DNA of 64,000 nt from Clostridiales bacterium (GTDB lineage: Bacteria; Bacillota; Clostridia; Christensenellales; Borkfalkiaceae), in the NCBI GenBank assembly GCA_015069615.1, contig SVIF01000004.1:6270-70269 (forward strand), given 5' to 3'. Below are positions 42,901 through 51,189 of this stretch, one piece after another. The notes under the pieces were generated by a model. That model saw only the letters and a program-made list of their open reading frames with translations. It did no database searches and was not told where the DNA came from. The position numbers were made by a program, and so were the translations under genes. Position 1 is the first letter of the stretch. The number at the start of each line of letters is the position of its first letter.

Positions 42901-45900
42901 AACGGATAAACCGTTAAAGTAATCCAAATTGGGCGCTTTGGAAGCATTACCACGAACGGGATAGAACAGGTTGCCACCTGCCGAAATATTATAATTGAAC
43001 TTATAGGAAACTTCACCGCTATACAACTTGTAGTTTGCAATGCAGTTGCCGTTTTGACCGGGAACGCGTTCCCAAGAACCGTTCGTGATTTGGTTACCCG
43101 TTTGCGATACGTTAACCACTACGTTACGGCTACCGATTTGCGTTTTACCCAAGTAGAAGTATAACGTGTAGTTACCCGTAATGGTTTGCATGTACGAGGT
43201 GGTTACTTCTTCTTCGTATTCGCCGTAATCTGCCACGATGCGAACGATATCCGTCATATCCAAAACAACCGAAGAATCTTCGTTACGGATTACGTAGGAC
43301 ATTGCGGGCATCGTAAAGGTTTGACCTACGCGGGCAGAGAAGGGACCATCCTTCATGGTAAATTCTTTAATGGGGGTGAAATCGTGCACGGTAGCAGAAA
43401 GACTACCAACTACGTCTTCGCCAATGCTATATACAATGCTTACAAAACCTGCTTTGCTGAATACGGGGCTATTTAAGTTCAATGCTTCGGAAGAACCGTC
43501 CGCATAATAAGCCTTTGCCGTCAACTGATCGGTTACGTCCAAGCCGTTTTTCAACACTTTAGCGTTAGGAACAACGGCGGGTTCGCCCTTAATTGCGGCA
43601 ATCGTTTCGGAAAGGAAGGTGAAATCGTACGCAGGGTTCATTTCCTTGGTGGAATACAAACCGTTTTGTAAAACGTTTACGTATTCGGTTGCGTGCCATT
43701 CTTTCTTTTCTACCGTTTGCGCTTGCGCGTTCACTAAGAACCAGAATTGGTCTAAGGGCCAGTAATCATCGCCCTTTTTGTTGAATACGGACACCGATTC
43801 GTGTGCGCCCGTACAGCTTTCACGGGTTACGAATTTGGAGTAGTTAGCATAGCCGTATCTAATTTCTACGGGGTTAGAAACTTCTTCCGCCGAAATCATA
43901 ATGGTATTTTTGGAAAGAAGCACGGGGGTTGCGTCGTAGAACACGCCGTCCTCCCCTGCAAGGTTAAAGCCTGCAAGGCCTTTCAGCACTAATCCTTCCG
44001 CTACGTTGTTGAAGGTAAGAATTACGCTGGGACCGCTAATAGCTACCGAAGTAATTTCGGGGCCGGACCACGTACCTTGCGCACCGTACATCTTCTTCAT
44101 CATGGTGTGCGCCGCGTGTTCGCCTACCGATTGTTTTGCGTAGGGGTGAATACCATCGCTATTTAGCGTATCAACGGGGTCTACGTGTTGTACGTATAAA
44201 CCGTTGTCTATATTGGTGCTATATACTAAGTTAGGAATGAAAGTGGATGCAAATTCGTGTTCGTCACGAACGCGGTACCAGCTATCTTCGTTGCCGTATC
44301 TGGGAAGACCGCAATCGATAAACCACATTTTTTGGTTATCGAACAAATCGCGCCAATCTTGAATCATCAAGTTGAACAAGTTGGAGTAGTTGTTGTAGTG
44401 ACCGCAACCTTGATACCAAAGCACACCGCGGAAGGAGTGATGGCGGATGGGGTTGGTCATTGCGTTGTAGTAACGGGAGCCTGCGGAAGAGGGGTTGTTT
44501 TCACCGGGATCATCCGCAACCGAAGTTCTGCCTTGTACCCAACCTTCGCTGATTGCTTGGGTGTAGCTATCCCATTCCATCCAAGCGTAGATGGAGGTAC
44601 CACCCATACAGCTACCAATGATACCGAAGGGTACGTCGGGATACTGCTCCTGCAATTCGCGAACGAAGAAGTATGCAGCCGCGCTGTAGCCTTTTACCTT
44701 ATTTACGTTTGCTTCGGACCAACCGTTCCACAAGGCAAGCGTATCTACTTTGTTGCCCGAGTGCGCGGGGTAAACGGAAGCCAAACGGATGTTGCTGTTT
44801 GCAGAATTTTCAATGATATCCTTATACAGTAAGCCGTTTAAAGAACCGCTTGCGGAATCGAAGGTACCCGTTCCGTCGTAGCATTGGCTCATATTCCAAC
44901 CCATGTTGGATTGACCGCCCGCAAGGAACAATTCACCGAACGCTACGTTAGAGAAGGTTTGGGATTGCTTATTTGCGTTAATAACGGTTACGCGGTAATC
45001 CGTGCCGTAGGGAACGTTTACGTATACCGTGAAGGGATACATACTGCCGTCCTTCGTGCTTTCGGTTTGGCCGTAGAACGCTTGGGAATAGCCCTTAGAC
45101 GTGCTTTCCACAAGAACAACTACCGCACCGTTTACGCTGGTTTTACCGTAAACGCGGGTTGCCATGTTCGCTTGGAACATCATATTGTTGCTATAGGTTA
45201 CGGAGAACCAGAATGCAGAGGAGTTGCCCACGTAACCGTTATAGTTGAAGGAGCCCGTGGTTACAACTTTCCCGTCGTGTTCGGTAGAAATTGCATCTTG
45301 GGGAATAACGATGGAGCCTGCGGTTTCGGGTTCAACTGCGGGAACGTAGGTTTCGGTAACCGAAATATTTACGGTTACGGGTTCTGCAGCTAAATAGTTT
45401 GCAGTTTCGCGTGCGCTAAGAATAAATTGATAATTACCAACCGCGATTACCGCCTTACTCTTTAACGCAAGGTCCGCTTCGTTATGGTTCAGTTCCGCAT
45501 CGGGATAATGATAGTTACCGTCAAACGCGATGGTTTGTTCCGCAGCAGCCGTGATAACTGCTTGCGCCTTTTCAATCGTAAGGGTTACGGGTTCAGTAAC
45601 GAAAGGCTTGTAACCTTCACGCGTTACCGTAGCGGTAAATTCGTACGTTCCCGCGTTTTTCGCTTCTTCAACTTCGTTTCCGTTTTGCTTAATGGTAAAC
45701 ACAACGCTATCCCCCTGTTCGCCTCCTACAAGTTCGGGCAACCATGCAGTTCCGTTATAGGTAACGACCTCGGTGCCGAAAGTAAGGCTAATATCCGTAA
45801 GTTCGGGTTCTTCTTCAGGAACACTGGGTACTACCGTGGGAGGCACAGTGGGTACCACCGAAGGTACTACGCTGGGTACTACCGTGGGTGTTACACTGGG

Positions 45901-46755
45901 TACTACAGAAGGTACTACACTGGGTACCACCGAAGGCACTACACTGGGCACTACCGTGGGTGTTACACTGGGTACTACCGAAGGTACTACGCTAGGCACA
46001 ACCGAAGGTGCTACGCTAGGTGCAACCGAAGGTGCTACGCTGGGTGCAACCGAAGGTGCTACGCTAGGTGCAACCGAAGGTACTACGCTAGGAACTACCG
46101 AAGGTACTACGCTGGGTACTACCGTGGGTGTTACACTGGGCACTACCGAAGGTACTACGCTGGGTACTACCGAAGGTACTACACTGGGCACTACCGTGGG
46201 TGTTACACTGGGTACTACCGAAGGTACTACACTGGGCACTACCGAAGGTACTACACTGGGTACTACCGAAGGTACTACGCTAGGAACTACCGAAGGTGCT
46301 ACGCTGGGTGCAACCGAAGGTGCTACACTGGGTACTACCGAAGGCGCTACGCTGGGTGCAACCGAAGGCGCTACACTGGGTACTACCGAAGGTGCTACAC
46401 TGGGTACTACCGAAGGTACTACGCTAGGAACTACCGAAGGTACTACACTGGGTACTACCGAAGGTACTACACTAGGAACTACCGTGGGTACTACGCTAGG
46501 AACTACCGTGGGTACTACGCTAGGAGCAACCGTGGGAGTTACCGTAGGTACTACAGTGGGAACTACCGTGGGTACTACGCTGGGCGTTACCGAAGGTGTT
46601 TCACTGGGAGTTACCGAAGGCGCCATTGAAACGCTTACGGAAGGCGAAGGCGTTACGCTGGGCTTGGGATCCCTACGGCAATCACAACCGACTACGACGC
46701 AAGCGGACGTAACGAACGCCAGTAAAAGAAGGATGGTTAACAACTTTCTTTTCAT
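39973..46755 (-). CDS. Giant surface lipoprotein: (VPSV)n spacer, Ig-like domains, SGNH/SASA-type carbohydrate O-acetylesterase domain, three lectin-like modules
   Basis: Starts MKRKLLTILLLLAFVTSAC (signal plus Cys). It has about 290 aa of P-S-V-V/A/T tetrapeptides. FLAGGQSNMGWNM and DGIHP motifs mark the esterase. The ...Y.VKDVLN.DG..KE.RVY.WVD module occurs three times. Confidence 0.8.
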   Translation of the reverse strand: MKRKLLTILLLLAFVTSACVVVGCDCRRDPKPSVTPSPSVSVSMAPSVTPSETPSVTPSVVPTVVPTVVPTVTPTVAPSVVPTVVPSVVPTVVPSVVPSVVPSVVPSVVPSVVPSVVPSVAPSVVPSVAPSVAPSVAPSVVPSVAPSVAPSVAPSVVPSVVPSVVPSVVPSVVPSVVPSVVPSVTPTVVPSVVPSVVPSVVPSVVPSVTPTVVPSVVPSVVPSVVPSVAPSVAPSVAPSVAPSVAPSVAPSVVPSVVPSVVPSVTPTVVPSVVPSVVPSVVPSVVPSVTPTVVPSVVPSVVPTVPPTVVPSVPEEEPELTDISLTFGTEVVTYNGTAWLPELVGGEQGDSVVFTIKQNGNEVEEAKNAGTYEFTATVTREGYKPFVTEPVTLTIEKAQAVITAAAEQTIAFDGNYHYPDAELNHNEADLALKSKAVIAVGNYQFILSARETANYLAAEPVTVNISVTETYVPAVEPETAGSIVIPQDAISTEHDGKVVTTGSFNYNGYVGNSSAFWFSVTYSNNMMFQANMATRVYGKTSVNGAVVVLVESTSKGYSQAFYGQTESTKDGSMYPFTVYVNVPYGTDYRVTVINANKQSQTFSNVAFGELFLAGGQSNMGWNMSQCYDGTGTFDSASGSLNGLLYKDIIENSANSNIRLASVYPAHSGNKVDTLALWNGWSEANVNKVKGYSAAAYFFVRELQEQYPDVPFGIIGSCMGGTSIYAWMEWDSYTQAISEGWVQGRTSVADDPGENNPSSAGSRYYNAMTNPIRHHSFRGVLWYQGCGHYNNYSNLFNLMIQDWRDLFDNQKMWFIDCGLPRYGNEDSWYRVRDEHEFASTFIPNLVYSTNIDNGLYVQHVDPVDTLNSDGIHPYAKQSVGEHAAHTMMKKMYGAQGTWSGPEITSVAISGPSVILTFNNVAEGLVLKGLAGFNLAGEDGVFYDATPVLLSKNTIMISAEEVSNPVEIRYGYANYSKFVTRESCTGAHESVSVFNKKGDDYWPLDQFWFLVNAQAQTVEKKEWHATEYVNVLQNGLYSTKEMNPAYDFTFLSETIAAIKGEPAVVPNAKVLKNGLDVTDQLTAKAYYADGSSEALNLNSPVFSKAGFVSIVYSIGEDVVGSLSATVHDFTPIKEFTMKDGPFSARVGQTFTMPAMSYVIRNEDSSVVLDMTDIVRIVADYGEYEEEVTTSYMQTITGNYTLYFYLGKTQIGSRNVVVNVSQTGNQITNGSWERVPGQNGNCIANYKLYSGEVSYKFNYNISAGGNLFYPVRGNASKAPNLDYFNGLSVRLGSENGVAKLMLAYDIEDVLISTLMPDVDTSASAEHVLTYNVKDTYKSSKFNGVRVVVYFDGQKRLDLTIPASTVNADKETYFTPTVIFNAKNVANQEIYVNGVRPYTYKLEGEFEQTLPYGEVANLPVMNVIYPDKVVAADVFVDGALIDPTTYVFNEKKTYTIAYKYNNETLYEVEKVCAADLTFAVTPVTEAQVPGTVTLPTLVAKEGETDIRANVDVKVRMGAQVIANLKGDATTLTHNVASVLTLEYYYQGSLMETTEMTVIPSGNLIDDTANWKSGKYTAIKQYNARVNVTYYVKDNMAGVISLPIRGDNFNNVTYWDGLAFRPSVRDCFLMNPLRNGGHTYASFSQRSTNKYHTWSYQAVDVLNEDGTLKEIRVYTWVDGVLQKVSGFDYAVISVADTANFYDTFYEVAGFVQSDNAGYTIAAITFGDNMSLDYVVEVGMSGATLSGTEYDVIYGTEYDFVTSGIDATVESIQYFNRGSSAALSEKPSTLGSYTAKITVSAPGYDTKTFVIDYKISENEMVGLAIYGQSVDFGGTASVVFENLPNDATVTYTYGSFTDTATAPELTESGATLTVTVKVVKYGYKTVTETVNLTVIPVEIGEEWTANMKESVSAPSVTTAYVGVPYVYEATSALDGVTIEYYYKGALLDQPFSTSTLGSYELDVRFVKEGYKSYKVTVNVEVIELLAEDVTFTVTGVSTATIGTAFTLPTATASHKVTGEDLTSYLVRSASYGAYAVTDLTNDKASYTATVFGTMTLTYKVNGVKVGAKDIEIGTTDNLVQTGTWANRIMQNYTVYNARVNVTFKINAASDAMFFVPLRGTSTNNTWWGNDRGALSFRVPAKREAQMWWIYNSGNGLGNVNSSYFFTHNDWLTGTEHTLSYQVKDVLNADGSIKELRVYVWVDNVAVCPGQQTGGIVHVDDNMGTLTGYFVVEPSNANWQTWFTEPANLLQFGLTDGTLLNPSSITIG
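45820..46650 (-). repeat. 12-nt periodic tandem repeat encoding (V/A/T)PSV tetrapeptides (approximate bounds)
   Basis: ggtactaccgaa / ggtgctacgcta-type units repeat about 70 times. They generate long artefactual ORFs on the plus strand. Confidence 0.85.
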
Positions 46756-46920
46756 AGTTTTCTCCTTTATAAAAGTTTTTCATTTTTATTGTAATGCGCA
46801 AAACGCGCAAAAACAACGATTTCCCTTTGATAAAACTACGGTTTGCCACAACTTTACGCGCGAAAAACCAACGTTTTTTACACGCGCGCGGGCGAAACAA
46901 ACTGCCATTCTATCTAAATT

Positions 46921-46949
46921 AGTATAACATACTAACAAAAATATGTCAA
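46921..46949 (-). promoter_or_regulatory. SigmaA-type promoter of the 2,260-aa gene
   Basis: Minus strand TTGACA-17 nt-TATACT. Confidence 0.5.
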
Positions 46950-47049
46950 CACATAACGAAAAATATTCTTCTTTTTTGTAAAAACTTTTCTAGGGGTTTT
47001 TGTTTGGCATTTTTTTATGCAAATTGCGCTTCTTTTTTTTCGTTTTCTA

Positions 47050-47077
47050 TTGATTTTCGGTTTTTCCGTGTTATAAT
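47050..47077 (+). promoter_or_regulatory. SigmaA-type promoter of the GH78 gene
   Basis: TTGATT-16 nt-TATAAT with an upstream TGt (extended -10). Confidence 0.5.
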
Positions 47078-47115
47078 ATTCCTAACTACGAAAATTTAGC
47101 GGGAGTTATACTTTT

Positions 47116-50100
47116 ATGGACATTAAAATTTGCGGAAAAAACAACAACTTATGCACGCCGTTTACGGGTGCTTACGTTTCCATTATGGTAGAGGACGGAC
47201 GGCAAAACGCCCGATTTTCCCAAACCGAACTTTCCCTTTTTTGTGGGGAAAATAAAGTGTATTCGCGCGTTGAACGTGGGGAAAACCATTACTTTTTACC
47301 CCTGCCCGATTTAATCCCCGAAACGGAATATCATCTTTTAGTGCAAGCGGTAATTACCGCAGACGGGGAAGAAGAAACGTACGTGGGGAAAACCACCTTC
47401 CGCACCGAGCCCGACTATGCCACGTTGCCCGCAAAATGGGTGGAATGCCCCACCCCAAAGGAAATTATCTCCCCCGCCCACGCGGGTTACGAAAGCGAAA
47501 CGTTTGATAGCGCGTTCGCTTGCCCTTCGGTTACGGTGGATCTTGGGGAAACGGCATCGGCGGAATACGCGGTAATTCAAGGTTCCCGTTCTTTTGACGT
47601 GCCTTGCCAACCCGACGTACCGGGGATAAATTTCCCCATTGCTTTCAAAATTGAAAGCGCAAACGAAGAAGATTTTTCGGATGCGGTTACGGTGTTTGAA
47701 AGCCCTAACCCCGTGCCGAACCCCGGCAATCAACCCGTGTTTTTCGAACTTTCCGCCCCCTTGCGTTACTTGCGCTTTACCGCCACCCAAATGCAAGAAG
47801 TGGAAAAAGACAAATACGCCTTTGCCTTAGAACAAATGCAAGTACTAAGTGGACTTACCAACCTTGCCGAGGGGAAAAGGGTTATTGCGGAAACTTCTGT
47901 TGAAACGGAGTTTTTAGGTAGACAAAAGCTGACGGACGGTTCCCCTTGCTGGCATACCGAAGGTAGAGCAAAACCCCTACCCCAACCCACGTTTTTTTGT
48001 ACGTTTTCCGTAGAAAAACAACTAAAAAGCGCACACCTTTACACCGCTTCTATGGGGCTACATTTACCCAAATTGAACGGTAAGGAAGTAGGCAACGAGT
48101 TTTTACGGGGGGAATGGACGGAATTTAACGTTTACGCAAACGTTTCCCACCACGACGTAACGGACACGCTGTGCTTAGGGGAAAACCTTTTGGAAATACA
48201 AGCGGCGGACGGCTGGTACGCGGGTAGAATCGGCATGGCTAACGTATTCGGCCCCCGAGTGCTACGCGGTATTTATAAAGAAGCGCGCCCCAAAATTTGG
48301 GCGTACCTTTGTTTAGAATATCAGGACGGAAGCAAGCAAAGGGTGGTTTCGGACGAACGCTTCCTTTGCACGGCGGAGGGCGCATACCTTGCCACGGATA
48401 TTTACGACGGCGAAGTATACGACGCGGAAAGAGAGATTTCTATTTCTTCCCCCGCGGAAGTTTCCACCCTTAACCTTATCCCCGCTAGCATCTTCCCCAC
48501 CAAAACCCAACCCGTTACCCAAGTAAACGAACCCATTCGCGTGGTAAGAAAGCTTGCCGAAAAAAATAGATACGTGGGCGCGGACGGAAGGCTTGTGCTT
48601 GATTTTGGGGAAAACTTTGCGGGCGTTCCTTCCTTTACTTTGGATTTACCCAAAGGCAAAGTGGTCCGCTTTATTTACAGCCAACATTTGCGCGCGGACG
48701 GAACTTGCTACGTGGCGAATATGCGGGGCGCGCATCCCATAGATACCTTCCGTTCGGCAGGAAGAAAACAAACGTACACCCCCCGCTTTACCTACCGCGG
48801 ATTCCGTTACGTAACCGTTTTGGGCGCAACGAGTGAGGAAGTTCCCTTTGCGGAAGGCTTATTCCTTTCCTCGGATATGGAAACCTTTGGTACTTTCACC
48901 TTTGCCGATCAAACCATTACCCGTTTTTCCGCTTGCGTGGAAAATACCCTAAAAAGCAACCTTATGGGCATTCAAACGGACTGTTGTGAACGGGACGAAC
49001 GCCTTTCCTGGGCAATGCAAGGGTACGATAACAGTTATTATTACCTAAACAGTTCTCTTTTCTTTTTAAGAAATATGATAGAGCGCGACTTAGCCCCTTG
49101 TCCTCCGGGGATGCGCCCCGATCACACCCCCACCGCGCTGAATATGTTCACTGGGCAAAGCACGCTAGACGCAAAGCAACCCCTTTTGTACTACCGACTA
49201 ACCGGGCAAGATACGTATTTACAAAAAAACTACCAACTTAACGCGCGTATCATGGAAGAAATGCACGAAAAGTACCCGGAGGGCATCGTTTCCACTATCG
49301 GATATGCGGATTGGTTAAATTCAGATATGATAGACGCACCCGGCATCCCCGAAAGCGGAGCGCAAATTTCCTATGAAGAATTTCAAACCTGCCAATATTA
49401 CGCGAACCTAATTATGATGGTAAAAACCTCGGAAATTTTAGGCAAGAAAGAAGATGCGAAAAAGTTCGCGGAGCGCGCGGAATTCGTAAAAAAAGCCTTT
49501 CACGAAAAACTGATGACCGCGGATAAGAAAACCCTTTCGGACACGCAAACTTCTTACGGTATGCTACTATACCGCGATATGATAGACGAAGCGGACGTTC
49601 CCACCGTGTTAGCGCATTATAAACACGCAATTCAGCGGTATAACGGTAGGCTTTCTTGCGGGGTTTACGTAATTGACGAAGTGCTTGGCGCGCTTTCCAA
49701 AGCGGGCGCGCACGAAGATTCCTTGCGATTGGCGTTCGAGCCCACATTCCCTTCCTTTGGCTATATGATTGCGCAAGGGGCAACTTCGGTGTGGGAACGC
49801 TGGGACAGTTACTGCCATCTACGCCCCGAAGTACACGAAAAACTGCGTTGGCAAGCCCCCAAAGGTTCGTATTACACCTTTATTAACGAAGCGGGCTGCG
49901 CGGGACTTTCCATGAACAGTTTTAACCATTTGGAAATGACTTCCGTTACTCGTTATTTGGTGGAAGAAGTAATCGGTATCAAAATGGGTTTTGGCCCCGC
50001 TTGTAAAACTTGGTTTGCGCACGTACCCGAAAGCGGTATGCCCACGGCAAGCGCAAAATTCAACACCCCGCGCGGAACGTTATACTACGCTTGGAATAAA

Positions 50101-50211
50101 ACCGAAGGAACGCTTACCTTAACCGTTCCCGTGGGCGCGGAAGTTTCCCTAACGTTACCCCAAGGGGAAACCCACCTTTTGCATTCGGGTAGTTACGATT
50201 TTACCATTTAA
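47116..50211 (+). CDS. GH78 alpha-L-rhamnosidase with an N-terminal discoidin-like insertion
   Basis: 1,031 aa. It has a rhamnosidase N-domain (LYTASMGLHLPKLNGKEVG), the six-hairpin motif TDCCERDERLSW and GATSVWERWDS. Confidence 0.8.
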   Translation: MDIKICGKNNNLCTPFTGAYVSIMVEDGRQNARFSQTELSLFCGENKVYSRVERGENHYFLPLPDLIPETEYHLLVQAVITADGEEETYVGKTTFRTEPDYATLPAKWVECPTPKEIISPAHAGYESETFDSAFACPSVTVDLGETASAEYAVIQGSRSFDVPCQPDVPGINFPIAFKIESANEEDFSDAVTVFESPNPVPNPGNQPVFFELSAPLRYLRFTATQMQEVEKDKYAFALEQMQVLSGLTNLAEGKRVIAETSVETEFLGRQKLTDGSPCWHTEGRAKPLPQPTFFCTFSVEKQLKSAHLYTASMGLHLPKLNGKEVGNEFLRGEWTEFNVYANVSHHDVTDTLCLGENLLEIQAADGWYAGRIGMANVFGPRVLRGIYKEARPKIWAYLCLEYQDGSKQRVVSDERFLCTAEGAYLATDIYDGEVYDAEREISISSPAEVSTLNLIPASIFPTKTQPVTQVNEPIRVVRKLAEKNRYVGADGRLVLDFGENFAGVPSFTLDLPKGKVVRFIYSQHLRADGTCYVANMRGAHPIDTFRSAGRKQTYTPRFTYRGFRYVTVLGATSEEVPFAEGLFLSSDMETFGTFTFADQTITRFSACVENTLKSNLMGIQTDCCERDERLSWAMQGYDNSYYYLNSSLFFLRNMIERDLAPCPPGMRPDHTPTALNMFTGQSTLDAKQPLLYYRLTGQDTYLQKNYQLNARIMEEMHEKYPEGIVSTIGYADWLNSDMIDAPGIPESGAQISYEEFQTCQYYANLIMMVKTSEILGKKEDAKKFAERAEFVKKAFHEKLMTADKKTLSDTQTSYGMLLYRDMIDEADVPTVLAHYKHAIQRYNGRLSCGVYVIDEVLGALSKAGAHEDSLRLAFEPTFPSFGYMIAQGATSVWERWDSYCHLRPEVHEKLRWQAPKGSYYTFINEAGCAGLSMNSFNHLEMTSVTRYLVEEVIGIKMGFGPACKTWFAHVPESGMPTASAKFNTPRGTLYYAWNKTEGTLTLTVPVGAEVSLTLPQGETHLLHSGSYDFTI

Positions 50212-50270
50212 GTTTTTAGGGGCGCTTTCATTTTTAGGTTTTCCCCTTTCATTTTCACGAAATAAAAACA

Positions 50271-50302
50271 CCGCCCCCGACCAAGATATTTGGTCGGGGC
50301 GG
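50271..50302. terminator. Bidirectional terminator (GH78 / XRE gene)
   Basis: ccgcccccgaccaa / ttggtcggggcgg with T-runs on both strands. The arms nearly match the hairpin at 50834-50861. Confidence 0.6.
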
Positions 50303-50309
50303 AATTATT

Positions 50310-50552
50310 TTAATCAACCATCAAATTTTCAAACTGAAACATATCGTCGTCAAAAAACTCCTTTAAGGAAACTTTTAATGCGATACACACTTTAACGACC
50401 GTAGAAAACTTTACGTCTTGATTCGTTTCATTAAAAATATAGCGGAGCGCCGAGTGCGTAATTCCCGATTCTTTTTCTAACCGATATTTCGTCATTCCCT
50501 TTTCGGAAAGCAACTTACTTAACCTAATTGCAAAGGCTTTATTCAAATTCAT
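50310..50552 (-). CDS. XRE-family HTH transcriptional regulator
   Basis: 80 aa with an HTH_3 pattern (LSKLLSEKGMTKYRLEKESGITHSALRYI). Confidence 0.75.
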   Translation of the reverse strand: MNLNKAFAIRLSKLLSEKGMTKYRLEKESGITHSALRYIFNETNQDVKFSTVVKVCIALKVSLKEFFDDDMFQFENLMVD

Positions 50553-50619
50553 ATTTTTCCCCTTTTTTAGTTTTTACGCCAAGTGCAGTATAAATACATG
50601 AAATATACCGCCCTTATAC

Positions 50620-50648
50620 TTGACATTATAAAAGGATTTTTTTATACT
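50620..50648 (+). promoter_or_regulatory. SigmaA-type promoter divergent from the XRE gene
   Basis: TTGACA-17 nt-TATACT. Confidence 0.55.
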
Positions 50649-50672
50649 ATAGGTGCAATGCTCTGCACCTAT
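50649..50672. promoter_or_regulatory. Perfect 9-bp inverted repeat, candidate operator of the XRE regulator
   Basis: ATAGGTGCA atgctc TGCACCTAT lies directly after the -10 and before the RBS of the small ORF. Confidence 0.45.
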
Positions 50673-50682
50673 AGGAGAAAAT

Positions 50683-50787
50683 ATGAAAGCTTGCGCTTTT
50701 TTTGAGCATAGAAACGCCATATGCAACGAAACGACGGCAAAAACGATTTACGCCTATTTAGAAGAACTCATTTGCAAAGAAAAATAA
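50683..50787 (+). CDS. 34-aa ORF (MKACAFFEHRNAICNETTAKTIYAYLEELICKEK), a possible small protein or gene remnant
   Basis: An AGGAGA RBS lies 6 nt upstream. The ORF sits between a consensus promoter and a strong terminator. It is too short for the ORF track. Confidence 0.3.
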   Translation: MKACAFFEHRNAICNETTAKTIYAYLEELICKEK

Positions 50788-50833
50788 AACCCCTTATAAA
50801 AACTTCGGTACATTATTATTCTAAAAAAACCAC

Positions 50834-50861
50834 CGCCCCGACCAAAATTTTGGTCGGGGCG
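50834..50861. terminator. Bidirectional terminator (small ORF / ylmC)
   Basis: cgccccgaccaaa / tttggtcggggcg with T-runs on both strands. Confidence 0.6.
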
Positions 50862-50892
50862 ATTTTTTATACTTTTTTTGCTTGTTCGGGAA

Positions 50893-51183
50893 TTATTCCT
50901 CGCAATCTTCCACGAAAGGGGGAACGCAAGGCGGTTTTCTTGGGGACTCGGGCGGATTTTCACCCGGCAAAGTAACGAAAACCACGTCCTCCCCTATCTT
51001 TTCCACGTTTTTTAAGGGAACAAACAATTCTTCCTTTTTGAACACCCCTTTTACGGGGATAAAAAAGCCGAGAACGCACCCTTTTTGAAAATCAAACGTC
51101 ATATCGCAAACATACCCAAGGCGCACACCCGAAGATACGTCTACCACCGCCTTTTTCGTCAGTTCCCGAAAAGAAATTTCCAT
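50893..51183 (-). CDS. ylmC: YlmC/YmxH-family sporulation protein (PRC-barrel)
   Basis: 96 aa. The sequence ELTKKAVVDVSSGVRLGYVCDMTFD...GKI pattern and the position directly after sigG fit the family. Confidence 0.7.
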   Translation of the reverse strand: MEISFRELTKKAVVDVSSGVRLGYVCDMTFDFQKGCVLGFFIPVKGVFKKEELFVPLKNVEKIGEDVVFVTLPGENPPESPRKPPCVPPFVEDCEE

Positions 51184-51189
51184 ATGATA

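Noticed and set aside
45484-46927. Two long plus-strand ORFs (381 and 384 aa) rich in RRYY / TTLGTTEG repeats.
   Set aside because: They are antisense reading-frame artefacts of the 12-nt (VPSV)n coding repeat of the minus-strand 2,260-aa gene. They have no RBS and only low-complexity sequence.
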